From Phoronis australis (taxonomy: Eukaryota > Animalia > Phoronida): a stretch of 64,000 nt of DNA. The notes under the pieces were generated by a model. The model worked only from the letters and a program-made list of their open reading frames with translations. It made no database searches and was not told where the DNA came from. How positions within the stretch are numbered: position 1 is the stretch's first letter; each line of letters begins with the position of its first letter. Where the stretch lies: assembly GCA_002633005.1 (NCBI GenBank), contig NMRA01000675.1:13171-77170 (forward strand), in the 5' to 3' direction. The position numbers and the translations under genes are program-made. This document shows, in pieces, positions 1 to 13,255 of this stretch.

Positions 1-317
1 TTTTTTCTTGCCTGTAACAGAATAGAAATATTAGCAAATTGTAAAAGAAAAGACAAGACAAAACTACTTTTGTAAGGCAGAACATACTTGACATTTCATC
101 TTCATGTTTATGTGTAGAAACTAATAACCTTTGTACCCAAGTCTTATTTAATATCTGAATTAAAATATGTGAAACAGGCTAAAAGTGATTTAACAATGTG
201 TATTTTTCATGACACTTAAAGTGTGCTTCTGATCTCAACAAGCAATTTTTTTCCAATGCAATGTTACGACATTTACTGAATTAAGGCTTATTCATGTCAA
301 TTCGATAACTGAGATGG

Positions 318-486
318 TAGTCCTGGGGGTGGGGTCCACGATAAAATAAGGAAACTCACTCATCTAGAGAATTTTATTGGAAACAGCATAGCTTTGAAGA
401 GAAAATGCTGTGAAAAAGTCACTCTTGACTTCTGTGCATCACGTACCATACACCTCTTATTTTGGGAGCACTCCCACCCAGGACAA
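318..486. mobile_element. small MITE-like element with imperfect terminal inverted repeats
   Basis: Left end TAGTCCTGGGGGTGGGG..AAAATAAG is mirrored by right end CTTATTTT..CCCACCCAGGACAA. Confidence 0.45.
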
Positions 487-510
487 TATGAATATGTGCT
501 GCTAGCTTAC

Positions 511-840
511 CCGGCATCGGGTGAGTTTCCAAAAAGAAACACTTAGTTCCACCCAATAAACCTGTTATTTAATGGGGTAACTGGTGGGGACAACATCACC
601 GAACGATGTTCATACAAACTGATTGCTAAAAACTTACCAAGTAATGTTGTGTAGTCTCCGAATGCCAGGAACTGCATAGTCATAGAGCACACACGGGGCT
701 TCATCATCCACACACTTTTCGTCAGTTAGTTGACCCTGTTGACCGCAATTGTCCACGAATATAGTAACCTTAGGTCTTTTGGGAATTTGTGGCCACCTNA
801 TGCCGTTTTACATTAACCAAAGCGCATTTACACGGTTTTG
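511..840 (-). pseudogene. degenerate THAP-domain coding remnant, probably from a DNA transposon
   Basis: Minus-strand frame GGHKFPKDLRLLYSWTIAVNRVN*LTKSVWMMKPRVCS..F..GDYTTLL(G) fits the THAP pattern (H.FP.D...W...R.....W....RVCS.HF...DY). It has an in-frame stop and GTAAG donors at ~638 and ~510. Confidence 0.55.
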
Positions 841-3800
841 ACGACAATCACATCGCCTGTCAAACACATGCATGCTTTGTAGCATTATGTACAAGGATGA
901 TTGTTTTGTTGGTACTCGATAGAGTCATGGGTAGGAAGTGGACAACAGAGTTGATTGCTGAAATATTTTGAGTAAAGGTAAGACAACAGCATCAAATTTT
1001 GGCCGTATAAAACTCACGTGTAAAATAAGGCGTAGTGATAGATTTAACAAAAGTTAACTGATACTAAAACTCTTTCAAACTGAAAACCCTGTTACGGCAC
1101 GACTGCGTGTTGTATGGACACAGTGACTTACTCGACAATGTACGGAATTGTGATATCGAATTTATTCATACCACAGGCAAAGACTTCAAAACAGGTTAGT
1201 ACTTTACTGTTTCGGTTGCCCGATATCCTGCTATGTATATTAATTAAACAATGTCATGGCTGTTCCGTGAATCTTTTTGATAATGGTGTACAGAAACGTG
1301 TTATGGATGTCCTCCAGTGGAATATCCTTCGTGTGACATTTAATTAGTATGACCCTAAAGGAAGTGTTTAGTACATTTCTCAGAAATAGCTCTTCGACGT
1401 TCAAATACTATTATTTAAACGTCGTTCACAAAACGAAAATGAAATGATCATATTTTAGATTATTAACAGTGTTTCTGATGCTACTTCTGAAATATTTTTA
1501 TCAAATGAAAATCGATATTGTTATTTACACCGTTGTTTTACTAATAATGTGCTTTTCTCTTTTGCTAAATTTTGCAGTTTTTGAGAGATTGTGCCCTGGA
1601 ACCAGTTATGAAACATTGTACATGAATAAAGACGGTGCCTGAATCAGTAGCGAATAGAATTTTCACTTTATTTTTTCGAATCAAACAAGTTGCACATAGG
1701 AGTACAGACGTCCAGGACGTTTACAGATGAACTGCACCACACCGTTCGACTCTGATGTCTTTCGTCATAGTGGTCCTGCAACACATATGATACATTTGTA
1801 TGTCCTCACTGCTGGCAACTTCAGTTATCACACGTGGATGGTATATTAGTCAGCCAAAGTCCGGTTGGTGGACACTGGGACAAGTCGCTAAAAATGAACC
1901 CCTTGAAAGTGATAAAGCAATACGACCTGAATTGAAATCTACCACTGAGAAGGTGTTTGGGCCGAAGGTATGAAACCACGGTATTCTTCGATTTCAAGGT
2001 GAGCTAGACCAAGAATCCATAAATCTTAATATCCACTGAAGTCCGAAAGCTTATCATTTTCAAAAGTAAACGTTCGATCTTTTAGGACACGAGGTTCTGA
2101 AAAGTGATTTCGTTAAAAATTTTGGAGTTGGTTTCTATACACGTGCCCTTTGAAACTAGTGATTCGAAGAGCCAGTGCTCCTCAATGGGATCCAAACATA
2201 TTTTGTCATTGCTTACTGAGCTGCTACATTTAGTTACATTATTAAATTTTGGAATACAGCCAGTAAAATTTTGCTGCTCTGTTGTCAGACCTCGTCAATA
2301 GTTTCAACTAGACCTTCTTTTTATTGGATTTTTGAACCTTCGGATTCAAGGTCCTTTTGAAAACGTTTCCTTTTGGCGCATAATTTGCCTTCTAACTTGT
2401 ACACCTTCGGAGTATCGAGCTCTATCCTATTTATACCAATGCATTATGATTCGCAAGCAATAATAGATTTCTTTCTTAGCTTTAGTATTCGGTTGTGAAT
2501 TTTCTTCTTCCATGCTTCTTCTTCCGTTTTGGTTATCCGTGGGTTGCAGCGTATCGCTGTTCCGTGGGTATGGCGAGTCAGTGGACAAAAAACATGTATT
2601 AACAAAATATTTGTGACCTTTTACGTTATTTGGATTTATTCATGCTGTCTTTCTGGGTACGTTTGGGTTTGTGTCAGTAGGTTAGTGTAATTGTTAGTCG
2701 GGATTAGAAAGAGAATCAGCGTCAACGCGAATACACGAGCAAGACAATTAACAAACGTGTGGTGCAAGCGAATGATGATAGATTTGGTGGATGGAGAGGT
2801 GTATCCATTTAAAGTGCATGTGCATCTTCACGAACCAAACACTAAAACCTGAGTACAACCCAAAGTACTATTAAATACAGCCAAAACTTAAAATATTTTA
2901 CAACGACGCGATCCGGACACCACACAATTATCGTAGGTGGAGAACTGTAACTGTAAGTGCCATCCAGAATAAAATATTATAAATAACAAAAGCTATACAC
3001 CACTGCCGTGTTTCATGAATCGGTATGACAGCAACTCATGGCGCGCGCCCTCATGGAAGAAGGAGCTTGCGAGACGTTTTTACCTTTTCCACCCTGTTGT
3101 TATTTTGTGTTCCTGGTTCAGCAACATCTTTGGTTCACTGCCAGTAGTGGCAAGGCCGTGGTCTTTGTTGTTCGAAGCCTGTAAGACCCTAGAAAAGAAC
3201 GTCTACATTTCTCTAACGTTTGCATCTCAGAAATGTCAGTTCACATTGATATAAAACTTTCAAATACTATGATTTAAGCACCGTTCAGAAAACGAAAATG
3301 ATAAGAGCACATTTTACAACTTTAACGGAGTTCTGAGATGACTTCTGGAACACCTTCATTAAATTAAATTCGATCTTGTTATTGATACCATTGTTTTACC
3401 ATTAATGTGCTTTTTGTCCTAAGCTAAATTTTACGTTTTTTGAGAAATAATTTATTGTGCCCTGAAACCAGGTGAGAATTGATGGGTCCTAGAATGCACA
3501 TACGGTCAAACTTCCAGGATGTTTACAACTTAATGACACCATACTTTTTTGCTATGGTGTCATTCGTGTAAGTGGTCATGTGGTTTAATCCCACTGTTCG
3601 CGACGTCAAATCCCGCATGCCGCATGCTAGTGGTATATTAATCAGTCCAGTGGTTAGAAGAAATTTGGCGAAGTCTCTGAAAACCTACAATAAAATTCAA
3701 ACGAAATCAACCCCTTGGAGGCAATGAAATCGTATGATCTGAATTGAAATCTACGAGTGCGAAAGAGTGTGAGCAGAAGGTATGAAATCTAGATATTCAT

Positions 3801-5325
3801 TGTTCTGACAGTTTAAACGTCCGCACCAGTCCGAAGCTAAAAGTTAGAACTTTCATGTATCAAGATTTTGAAAAGTTGTTTGGAAAGAAGGTTCGGGTAT
3901 TTATATACACGTGCCTATTTGAAACTACTTTATGGAACCCTAAGAGCCTGTCCGAATTGATCAAAACAATATTCGGCAATGTGCAGAGATGTTGTATTTA
4001 TTTAAATTTTCAAATAATTGTGTAACACCACTACAATCTTGTTGCTTCCAGTCGATGGCTAAATCACAGGTTTCAGGTATAACAGACCTTCGGACTAGTT
4101 TCAAACTAACTATCTTTTCTTTCTGTCAGATTTGTGAACCCTCGGGGTTAAAGGGCTCTTTTAGAAATATATTCAATTGTCAGATGATTTGCCTTTAGAC
4201 TTGTGAACCTTCACAGTATAGAGCTTCACCCTATTTATACCAATCCAGTATAAATCGCATCAAAATTACATTACATTCTTAATGTTGGTCTTCGTTTGTC
4301 ATTCTTCTTCTTCCATTCTCCTTCTTCCGTCTTGGTAATCCAGGGGTCGCAACGTACCATTGTTGTGTGAGTATAGCAAGTAAATAAACAAAACCGTGGA
4401 AAAATAAAAGTTTCAAAAAATTGAGAAATCAATTGTTGTTTTCCATTTGATAATTGAATAATCAATGTAAGTGAGAAATCCTTCTCCATGCCACTAGTGT
4501 AATCGATCAAGGGACCCACTGCTCAGCTCCACCTGGTTATGGCATCTGCAGAGGAACTCAGTTAACAACATTCAGCATGCACACAGGGTCGTCATTTGGA
4601 TTCAGTCATGCTGTTTTTAGTGTGTTAGGGTATGTGTTAGTATGTTAGTGCAAATGTTAGTCGAAATTAGAAAGAGTGTTGTCGTCAATACGAATGTACC
4701 AGCAAGAAAAGTAACAAACGACAAGTGAAAGCGAATGGTGATAGATTTGGTGCATGGAGAGGTGTATCCATTTAAAGTACATGTGCGTCATCACGAACCA
4801 AACACTAAAACTTGAGTACAAGCCAGAGTACAAGTAAAATACCGTTATCACTTTAAAGCTGTTACAATAATTAAGACACCAAGAAGTTGTCACAAGTGTC
4901 AGTCAGTCCAAAATGTTGTCAATAACGACAGTTACACATCTGTATCGTCCTTCATGTATCTTTTAGGGCAGCATCTCATGATGCAGCCTAAGAGAGAGTC
5001 CAACTTAAGGGTTTTTTCGTTTCCGATTATGGTATCATTTTGTGTTGGTGGTTCAGCGACATCTTTTGCTCTGTGCCAGTGGTGGTAAGGTCAGTGTCCT
5101 GCTTGCTCAGATCTTATAAGACTCTGGAACAAACGTCTATATTTCTCTAACTTTGAACGTTTGTATCTCAGAAATAGCTGTTCTTATTCATGTAACACCT
5201 CCAAATACTGCGATGATTTAAAGGCAGTTCTCAAAACAAAAATGAGGAGCATATTTTAGAACGGTAACAGAGTTCTGAGGTCACTTCTGGAACACTTTCA
5301 TGAAATGAAATTCGATCTTGTTATT

Positions 5326-5601
5326 CATGACGGCGAAATCCCGTTGCTCCCAACTTGTTCGATTGTATAACCCAACAACAAGTTGGGAAGTTTACCCCCC
5401 GTAGCCAATTAACTCCATCATGGCGTTGATGTTGGAGGGCCTGCGCTCTTTTGTTTGATAATTGCTCTAATCTCCGATCAGATCGTATCAAGCCTGACTG
5501 GGGTGGGGTGATAAAAATGGAAGTTAAGTTAAGCCAGATGTTATCGCACGTTCAGTACACCTCGCGTCTGGAAAAGTTACTGAACGACAGGACTCTGTAA
5601 T
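5326..5601. mobile_element. ~275 bp insertion in an array unit
   Basis: Splits the unit consensus TTATT|GATACC. Has weak inverted ends (CATGACGGCG / CTCTGTAATG) and an internal palindrome CCCAACTTGTT..AACAAGTTGGG. Confidence 0.55.
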
Positions 5602-6680
5602 GGATATCATTGTTTTACCATTAACGTGGCTTTACCTTTAGCTAAATTTCACGGTTTTTGAGGAACTGTGCTCTGAAACTAGATGTAATACAATGCATAT
5701 GAATAAAAATAGATGCCTGAATGACTTGTCTTTTCCAAATCAAACAAGGCTTCTGTACAGTTTTGATGAATCGTATAACACACAGACAGTCGAAGCATTT
5801 AACTTCCAGGATATTTAGGGGTGAACGACACCATACATTTTGACTCTGATGTCATTCCAGTGAGTGGTCCAGCGGCACCTTTGGTACACTCTCACTGCTC
5901 GCGACGTCAGATCCCGCATGACAATGGTATAGTAGTCAGCCAATGTCCTGTGGTTTGACGAAATTAGGTTAATTCCTTAAAAGCCTAGAATGATGTTCAA
6001 ACAAAGTCATCTCATTGGAAGCAATGGAACCTTATGATCTGAATTGAAAAGCACAAGTGAGAAAGAGTGTGAGCAGAAGGTATGAAATCACTTATTCATT
6101 GGTTCGAAGGTTTGCAAGTCCAAAAATCCATAAATCCAAAGGTCCAAACTAGGTAGAAAGTCCATTAGTTTGAAAGCTAAAATTTCGAACTTTCATTTGT
6201 TACAGTTAGCAAAATGTTCGGAGATTTGTATGCACGTTCCTGTTTGAAACTATATTTTGGAAGTGCCAGTGCCTCCTCTCGAAAGGATCCAAACAATGTT
6301 CGACAGCACTTAAACGCTGTTACAATGATTTGGACACCACAAAGTTGACACAGGTAGACAACTGTAACTGCAAGTATCAGCAGGACAAATATTATCAATA
6401 ACGAGTTTCATACCTCTATCGTCCTTCGTGTACCGTGTCAGACAGCATCTCATGGCGCGCCCTCACGGAAGGTGCAACTTCAGAGATTTTTTTAACTTTC
6501 CAATTACGGTATCAATAGAGTAGATGGTTCAGTGTTATTTTTGGTTCTCTGTCAGTAGTGGTGAGGTCATGGTTGTTCAGATCATGTATTATCTTTGGAA
6601 TAACGTTCAAATTTCTCTAACTTTGAAGAGTTGTATCAGAATAGCAGTTCAGATTTAGGTAAAATGTCAAATACCTTGAT

Positions 6681-7535
6681 TTATACCACGATATTAGCCT
6701 CGAATGGCAGACACAACCGTGTAATAACTCATAAAGTTATCACACTAGTCAGATAACATTTTGGCGGGAAACCGAGGCCTGATTCGAACCTGGGACTCAA
6801 CAGTTGCGAGTCGCTGACTACCACTACACGACTCAGCGGCTGACGTCATCGAACGTGAAAATAGAGTACTTAAATGAGCACGCGCAACAATCGCATGTTC
6901 AGCAAAGGACATTGCACCGAAAATTATACGCTATGAAAATTAAGACGCATAATTTCCAAAAAAAGATATTTTAATTCATTGAAATTTTTCTCTCGTGTTC
7001 TCTCACTTGTAAATCACCGATCTCCGATTTGAATGCAGGTGTCGTGTGGTCGGGATCCTTTGACTTGAGCATTAAGGTCAGTTACTAGTGGTAACCTACT
7101 TTAGCAGACGATATATTCCCGGTCGAAGCTTAGCGTGATAAAATGTGTAGTAAGCTATAACAGATGCTAAACCTTAATTTATAGATTCACTTTATTTCTA
7201 TTTTGTTTTATTTTTCAATTGGTTTTGAGTAAAAGCATTATTTTACATAAATATCTCGGCTTTTCTTAAAAGGTCACGATCTCCGACCCCGGGCCTCTGA
7301 CATAGAGAGTAGTTACAAAGCCGAGGCGAGTCGAGAAAGGTAGATCGCTTCATTGCAATGTTTCTCGTTCAGTATGTGATATAAATAGATTATTACATGT
7401 TCTCAGTCGTTATCCCCCGTTATCTAGAGCCCTCGTGGATTTTGTAGAATTATCGCCCTAGGGCGATAATGCTCCAAAATCCACCCGGGGTCTAGATAAC
7501 GTTGGATAACGACTTCGCCATATAATAATCTATAT
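6681..7535. mobile_element. non-autonomous Crypton-like element with tRNA-like segment and terminal hairpin
   Basis: Interrupts the unit motif GATTT|AAACACCGTTC and is homologous to 46959-49164, which carries a tyrosine-recombinase fragment. An imperfect palindrome spans 7385-7533, centred on ATCGCCCTAGGGCGAT. A/B-box-like motifs (TGTAGTGG, GGTTCGAATC) lie on the minus strand at ~6765-6840. Confidence 0.7.
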
Positions 7536-8716
7536 CTAAACACCGTTCAAAAACGAAAATGAAATGATCATGTTAACTGCTTTTCTGTGATGACTTCTGA
7601 AACATTTATTTTCATCGAATGAAATTCCACTGTGTGATTGATACCCTTGTTTTAACATTAATGTGCTTTTGTTTTTTTCTTAAATTTACAGTTTTTTGCC
7701 CTGAAACCAGGTGTGAAACAGTGTTCATGAATAAAGACAGATGTTGAATGACTGGCGAGTAAATTTCGAACTTCGCTTTTTCAAATCAAATAAGGATGGT
7801 TTCAGATGAACATTACTGGTGACATTTGTGTTAGTTGTCCGGGCCTATGGGTATACTGTCATTGCTTTCGACGTTGAATTCTGCGCGTTAATGGTATACT
7901 AGTCAGCCAAAGTCCACCGTTCGAAGAATGACCAAGTCGCTATTCAATCTACAATACGGTTAAAAGGAAACCAAGCCTTTAAAAGCGATAAAACCTACAG
8001 GACTTCAATTTAAAACTAGAACTGAGAAAGTGTGTTTGCTGAAGGTATGAAATCACGGCTTTCATTTTTCCGAAGGTTTTTAAGTCCACAAATACATGGA
8101 ATTACGAAAGCCTATAACTGCGAAAGCTAAAAGTTCAAACTTTAATGACATGAGGTTATGAACGGTTATTTGGAACAAATTATTTTGGGATATTAAACAC
8201 TCGAAGAGCCAGTGCCTCTGGAAAAGATCCAAACACAGTTCAGCAATGTGCACTGAGCTTTCGCTTTCATTTACATTTTCAAAATTTGTTTTACCGCTAC
8301 TAAAATTTTGCTGCTTCGCTGTCGTTGACTTTGAATAACTGGCTTCTGGTTTCGTGGCCTTATTTCGGACAAAGTAACTTTCTTGTCTGTCGGAATCGTG
8401 TATCTTGGGCCTGATAGGGCATTTTTAAAAACAGCTTCATTTCTCGTGTTATGGGTGTTTGGACTTGAGAACCTTCAAAGTATCAAACTGCAGATATTTA
8501 TATTAATAAAGTATAAAAAGCAACCAACGTTAGTTTACGTTCATAATTTTCATTCTAAATCATTCTGCTCTTTTGGATATCCGTGGGTCGCAGCACATCG
8601 TTGGGGTATGTGTATGGTATGTGTAAATAGACAAAAACGTGTATTTTACAAACAACCGACAAAATGATTTTTTTCTATTTGCCATTAAGAAGCCCACAGT
8701 AGTCAATTTCGGCGGA

Positions 8717-9548
8717 ACAAGACCGTCGGCCGACCTTTTTACAGTAAAAACATGTATGCCAATTTTTAAAATCATCCATAGTGTGGTTTGGTTGACAGAG
8801 GGGCGGACGACAAAAAGACTCGAAAACAGTAAAAAACAGCCTCTAGGTGCCGCAAAATACTTCTAATCCATCCGGAAATGAAAGATAGACACCATTTCAC
8901 TAATATATGCCTATCTGCCAAATTTTTTGAATATACAGACTTTAGGTAAACTTTAAAAAAATTAAATTGCCACTAGGAGGCACACCGGTAGTCCAATCCG
9001 TCCTGAAATCGTTGTCATCCGTTGTCAACGTTGTATAAAGATACTTGCAAAATTTAATAAAGATCTTGCAAAGCCATACGCTGGGCGCAAAATCAAAGGA
9101 AAATGCCACTAGGAGGTGTCACGGTAGTCGAGGTCGTCGGAAAGCCGTTGTCAGCTGCCTTCTTCAGAGTAAGAACATAATTATATGCCAATTTTCACAA
9201 TCATCCTTAGAGTGGTTTCGTTGATGGAGGGTTAGGCGCCAAAAATATACTCGAGGGCAGTAAAATTTGTCATTAGGTGTAATCCGAAAACGAGAGGATA
9301 GCGTCATCTTATTGGCCCATGAGCCAAGTTTTGTGAAAATCCGATGGCCTTTGAAGAAACACGAGATAAACGAAAAAATGCCATCGTCGTCAACTGTCGT
9401 CAGCCTTATAGAGGCATATCTGCCAAATCTCATCAAGGTCCTGTGAGGATTTAAGAGATACAGATGTGGACGCCGTATCCCGGACGCCCGGACAACCGGG
9501 CAGGCAGGGATGACAAACACTCACATATAAATATGCGGGCGAATAAAA
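8717..9548 (+). mobile_element. HINE/pearl-type (non-autonomous Helentron-like) element
   Basis: Starts AACAAGA, contains diverged ~130-160 bp core repeats with AAATTGCCACTAGGAGG, a GGAC-type microsatellite remnant, and ends ACATATAAATATGCGGGCGAATAAAAA. Confidence 0.65.
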
Positions 9549-11619
9549 ACGTCTACATTTCTCTAACTTCAAAGCTTCGTATCAGAAGTAGCTGTACAAA
9601 TTTATGTGAAATTTCAATTCTCTGATATAAATACCTTTTACAAAATGAAAATGAAATGCTCATACTTTAGAGCACTAACCGTATTTCACATCTGGATCAT
9701 TTTCTTCAAACGAAATTCGGTCTTGTTGTTAATGCCGGTGCCTTACTATTAATGTGCGCTTGTTTTTCGTGCTAAATTCTATGGTTTTTGAGAAACTGTG
9801 CCCTGAAATCATGTGTAAATCAGTGTACATTAATAAAGTCAGCTGCCTGAATGAATGGCGACTAAATTTTTCACTTTGCTTTTCCAAATCAAAGAAGTGT
9901 CGGTCATATTTTGATGACTCACAGGAGTACAAACGTTTAGTAAAAACCAGAAGATTCTATGATATTTACAAGTGAACGGAGCCTTGATTCAATCTCATGT
10001 TGCACCCCTCAAAAAAGAGGCAATTTTCAGGATTTCATACCTTTTCGACTCTGGTGTCATTTTAAGGTGATGGTTCAATGCTATCTTTGGTTCGTTGACA
10101 TTGAGGGCTAGGCCAGGGTCCTGCTAGTTAAGATCCTGTATGACCCTAGAAAAACGTCCAGAAATAGCAGTTCACATTTAGGTAAATCTTTCAAATGCTG
10201 TTATTTAAACTCCGTTCACGAAACAAAAGTGAAATGATCATATTTCATGACATCAACGGTGTCTCTGAGATCACATCTCGAAACTTTTCACCAAATAAAC
10301 TTCGATTAAGTTACTGAAACCGTTGTTCAACTAGCAATTTGATATCGCCTTTTATAAAAACGTTTTCGTTTAATGTATTACTTGTACGGATTTGACGACC
10401 TTCAACATATTGAGCTGTACACTATTTATAGTAAATGCAATATGAAACGCAAGCAATGATTGTTTACCTTCATAAGTTGCACCTTAAATCTTTTTGGTTA
10501 TCCGAGGGTCATTGGGGTATTGTTGGGGCTTGGGTGTGGCGTGTAAATAGATAAAACATGCATTGATAAAATTTACAAATAATCGAAAAATCAACTGTTT
10601 TCAATTAACCACACGCACATCTATTGAAAAGACCTTGTCCTTGTCAAACTGTTTTAGAACTAATAAGCGTTTTCTCGAAATTGTGAACCATCAGCCTAAT
10701 AGCACCCTTTTAAAATGTTTTCATTTGTTGTATTATGGGTAGGGATTTGAGAACGTTCAAGGTATTGAGCTGTACACACTGCAGAATGAAACCCAAGTAA
10801 CGATACTTTAGCTTTATAATTTTCGTCTTAAATCTTTCTTCTTTCGTTTTGGTTAAACGAAGGTTATCTTTGGGTATGGGTATGGCGTGTAAATAGGAAA
10901 AAAAGTGTATTGATAAAATTTACAAACAATCGACCTATCAATTGCTTTTAATTTGCTGTACGCAGATCAATTGAACAATCTTTCTCCCTACACCGGCAGG
11001 AATCGACCATTGGCACAGGGATTCAAATATTCCATTCAGTATGGCTTTTGCAACCTTGAACGCCATTTAGATTAATTTGTGGTGTATGTCTTCGTATGTT
11101 AGGGCTTGTGTTTGTACGTTAGTGCTTTGTTGGGCGGGATTGGAAAGTGCGTTAGCGTTAACACAAATCCACAGGCAAGAAAAGTAACAAACCTCTAGTC
11201 CAACCGAATGGTAACACCAGTGATAAATGGGCAGATCTGTCCATGGAATTAAAAGTGTGTCATCACGGCCTAAGCTTTTATACCTTAGAAGAACCCATCG
11301 TGTAATTAAAAACCAGCCAACACTTAAAATATTTTACAGCGATCTGGAAACCACACAGTTGCCACAGTTGGAGAACTGTAACTGCACCTATCATTAAGTC
11401 CAAAATGTTTTAATAACGAAATTTACACACCTTTACCGTCTTTTGTATTTTGGATAAGATAGCATCTTATTGCGCACGTTCTGATGGAAGAGGCAATTTC
11501 CGGGATTTTTGATTTATCCGACTCTGGTGTCGTTTTGAGTTGGTGGTTCAGCGACATCTTTAGTCCGTTGCCAGTGGTGGCGAGGTCAAGATCCTTCTAG
11601 TTCAGATCCTGTATGACCC

Positions 11620-12030
11620 TAGAAAAAGCGTCTACATTTCTCTTGATTCAAAGGTTGCTATCTCAGAAATAACAGTTCAGATTTATGCAAAACGTTCACA
11701 TACTATGATTTAAACGTCTTTCTCAAAACGAAAGTGCAATAATCACAATTTAGAACATCAACATTGTTTCTGTGATCACTTCTCGAATCTTTTCATCAAA
11801 TGATTTTCGATCATGTTTTGACACGGTTGTTTAATTAACAATGGGTCTTCGGTTTTTGCTGCTTGTAATGGTTTTTAAAAGAACATGCCTTGAAACTAGA
11901 TGTGAGTCATTGTGCATTAGTAAAGACGTATGCCTGAATGACTGGCTAGTAGATTTTACACTTCCCTTTTCCATATCGAAAAAATGTCGGTCATGTTTTG
12001 ATGAAACACAGGAGCACAAACGTGTAGTAA
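11620..12030 (-). pseudogene. TIR-domain-like segment of the array unit (exemplar copy)
   Basis: Multi-copy consensus across frameshifts: SSKHDRHFFDLEK.SEKST.QSFR / VFIH.HCFTPG / HINGKTTVSITRSNFI..KC / HFIFVL / LFLRY..SKLEKCRRFF. This is colinear with TIR motifs YSSxDxxFV..LE..FxLCxHxRDFxPG, SRKTxxVxSxNF..WC, LILV and YLxWP....FW. Confidence 0.55.
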
Positions 12031-13104
12031 AACCTAGAAGCTTCTATGATGTTTACAAATTAACGGAACCTTGACCCTTGTGCGATTCGTGTCAGTGCTC
12101 TTGCAGTACTTTTGGTATATTGTCATTGCTCGCAATGTCAGATCTTGCATGTTAATGGTATACTGGTCAGCCAAAGTCAAATAGTTCGACGAAAGGCCAA
12201 GTACCTAAAATACCTAAAATAACGAGAAAAGGAAGTCAACCCCTTGGAAAAAATGAAATCATATGATCTGAACTGAAAACTACAAGTGAGAAAAAGTGTG
12301 GGGCAAAGTTATGAAATGCCGGTATTCCTTGTTTTCAAAGACAAGCAAGTAAATAAATCCATCAATATCCACACAAGCCCGCCGGAAAGACCATTAGTTC
12401 GAAAACAAAAGGTTCGAATTTTCATGTCACGAGGCATTTTGAACAGTGATTTCGAGCAAAATGTTTGTAGAGTTGTAAGCAGGTGGCTTCTTAAAACGAA
12501 TTCTTCGAACAGCCAGTGCCTTGGTAAAGTATCCAGACAACGTTTGGCAATGTGCACTGAACTGTCGCTTTTATTTTAATTTTCAAGTTTTGGTTTTCCG
12601 CCTCTAAAATGTTGCCGCTCCTTTGTCATTAATTTTCAATCACTAACTTCTCGTCTCTCCGCTAGTCGAATTATTTTCGCACTAATAAGCTTTTTGTCGA
12701 ATTTGCGAACATTCAGGCTGATAGGGCTTTTTTCAATGAATTTTCATTTATTGTGTTATGGCCACTGATTTGAAAACCTTCAAGGTATTGAGCTGTACAC
12801 TGCAGTATGAAACCCAAGCAACGATACTTTACCTTCATAATTTTCGTCTTAAATCTTTCTTCTTTCGTTTTGGTTTAACGAAGATCGCACGTTATCTTTG
12901 GGGCATGGGTATGGGTATGTCGTGTAAATAGATGAAAACATACCTTTTGCCTCTGGTGTGATTCTTGCCAGTGGTCCCACAGAAATTTTTTGTATACTGT
13001 CACTGTTCCCAATGTCAGATCTCGCATGTTGATGGTGTACTAGTCAGCTAATGTCAAATAGTTTGACGAAAGGCCAAGTATCTAAAAGGCATAGAATAAT
13101 GTTA

Positions 13105-13255
13105 TCAAATAGATGTTGACATGCCGTGCAGTTACCGACGGATAAGAATAAAAAATAGTAAAATTAAAACGACGAGCGTCGGTATTAAACTATATTAAAA
13201 TATCCCTACGTTTCGAGCGATGAGCTCTTTGTCAAGGGTGTGCTACAGACTGTAC
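13105..13255 (-). mobile_element. Penelope-like pseudo-LTR fragment with minimal hammerhead-like motif
   Basis: The insertion is flanked by a repeated AATAATGTTA. The minus strand reads CCC-TTGACAA-AGAGC-TCATC-GCTC-GAAACGTA-GGG at ~13204-13238. Confidence 0.5.

Noticed and set aside
6765-6840. functional tRNA genes (also ~47.1, 47.6, 58.9 and 63.3 kb)
   Set aside because: The cloverleaves are broken, and several sit inside repeats.
9754-12074. plus-strand ORFs in array units as a small gene family
   Set aside because: They are antisense shadows of the decayed minus-strand frame; the conserved TATGATCTGAATTGA blocks all three plus frames.
12309-12557. LRRC8/pannexin or TRPA ancestry of the array (HW..CSKSLFKMPR; NILDWL..WQ)
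   Set aside because: The match depends on one copy with a private indel, the would-be TM2 is polar in other copies, and colinear TIR/LRR motifs explain more of the unit.
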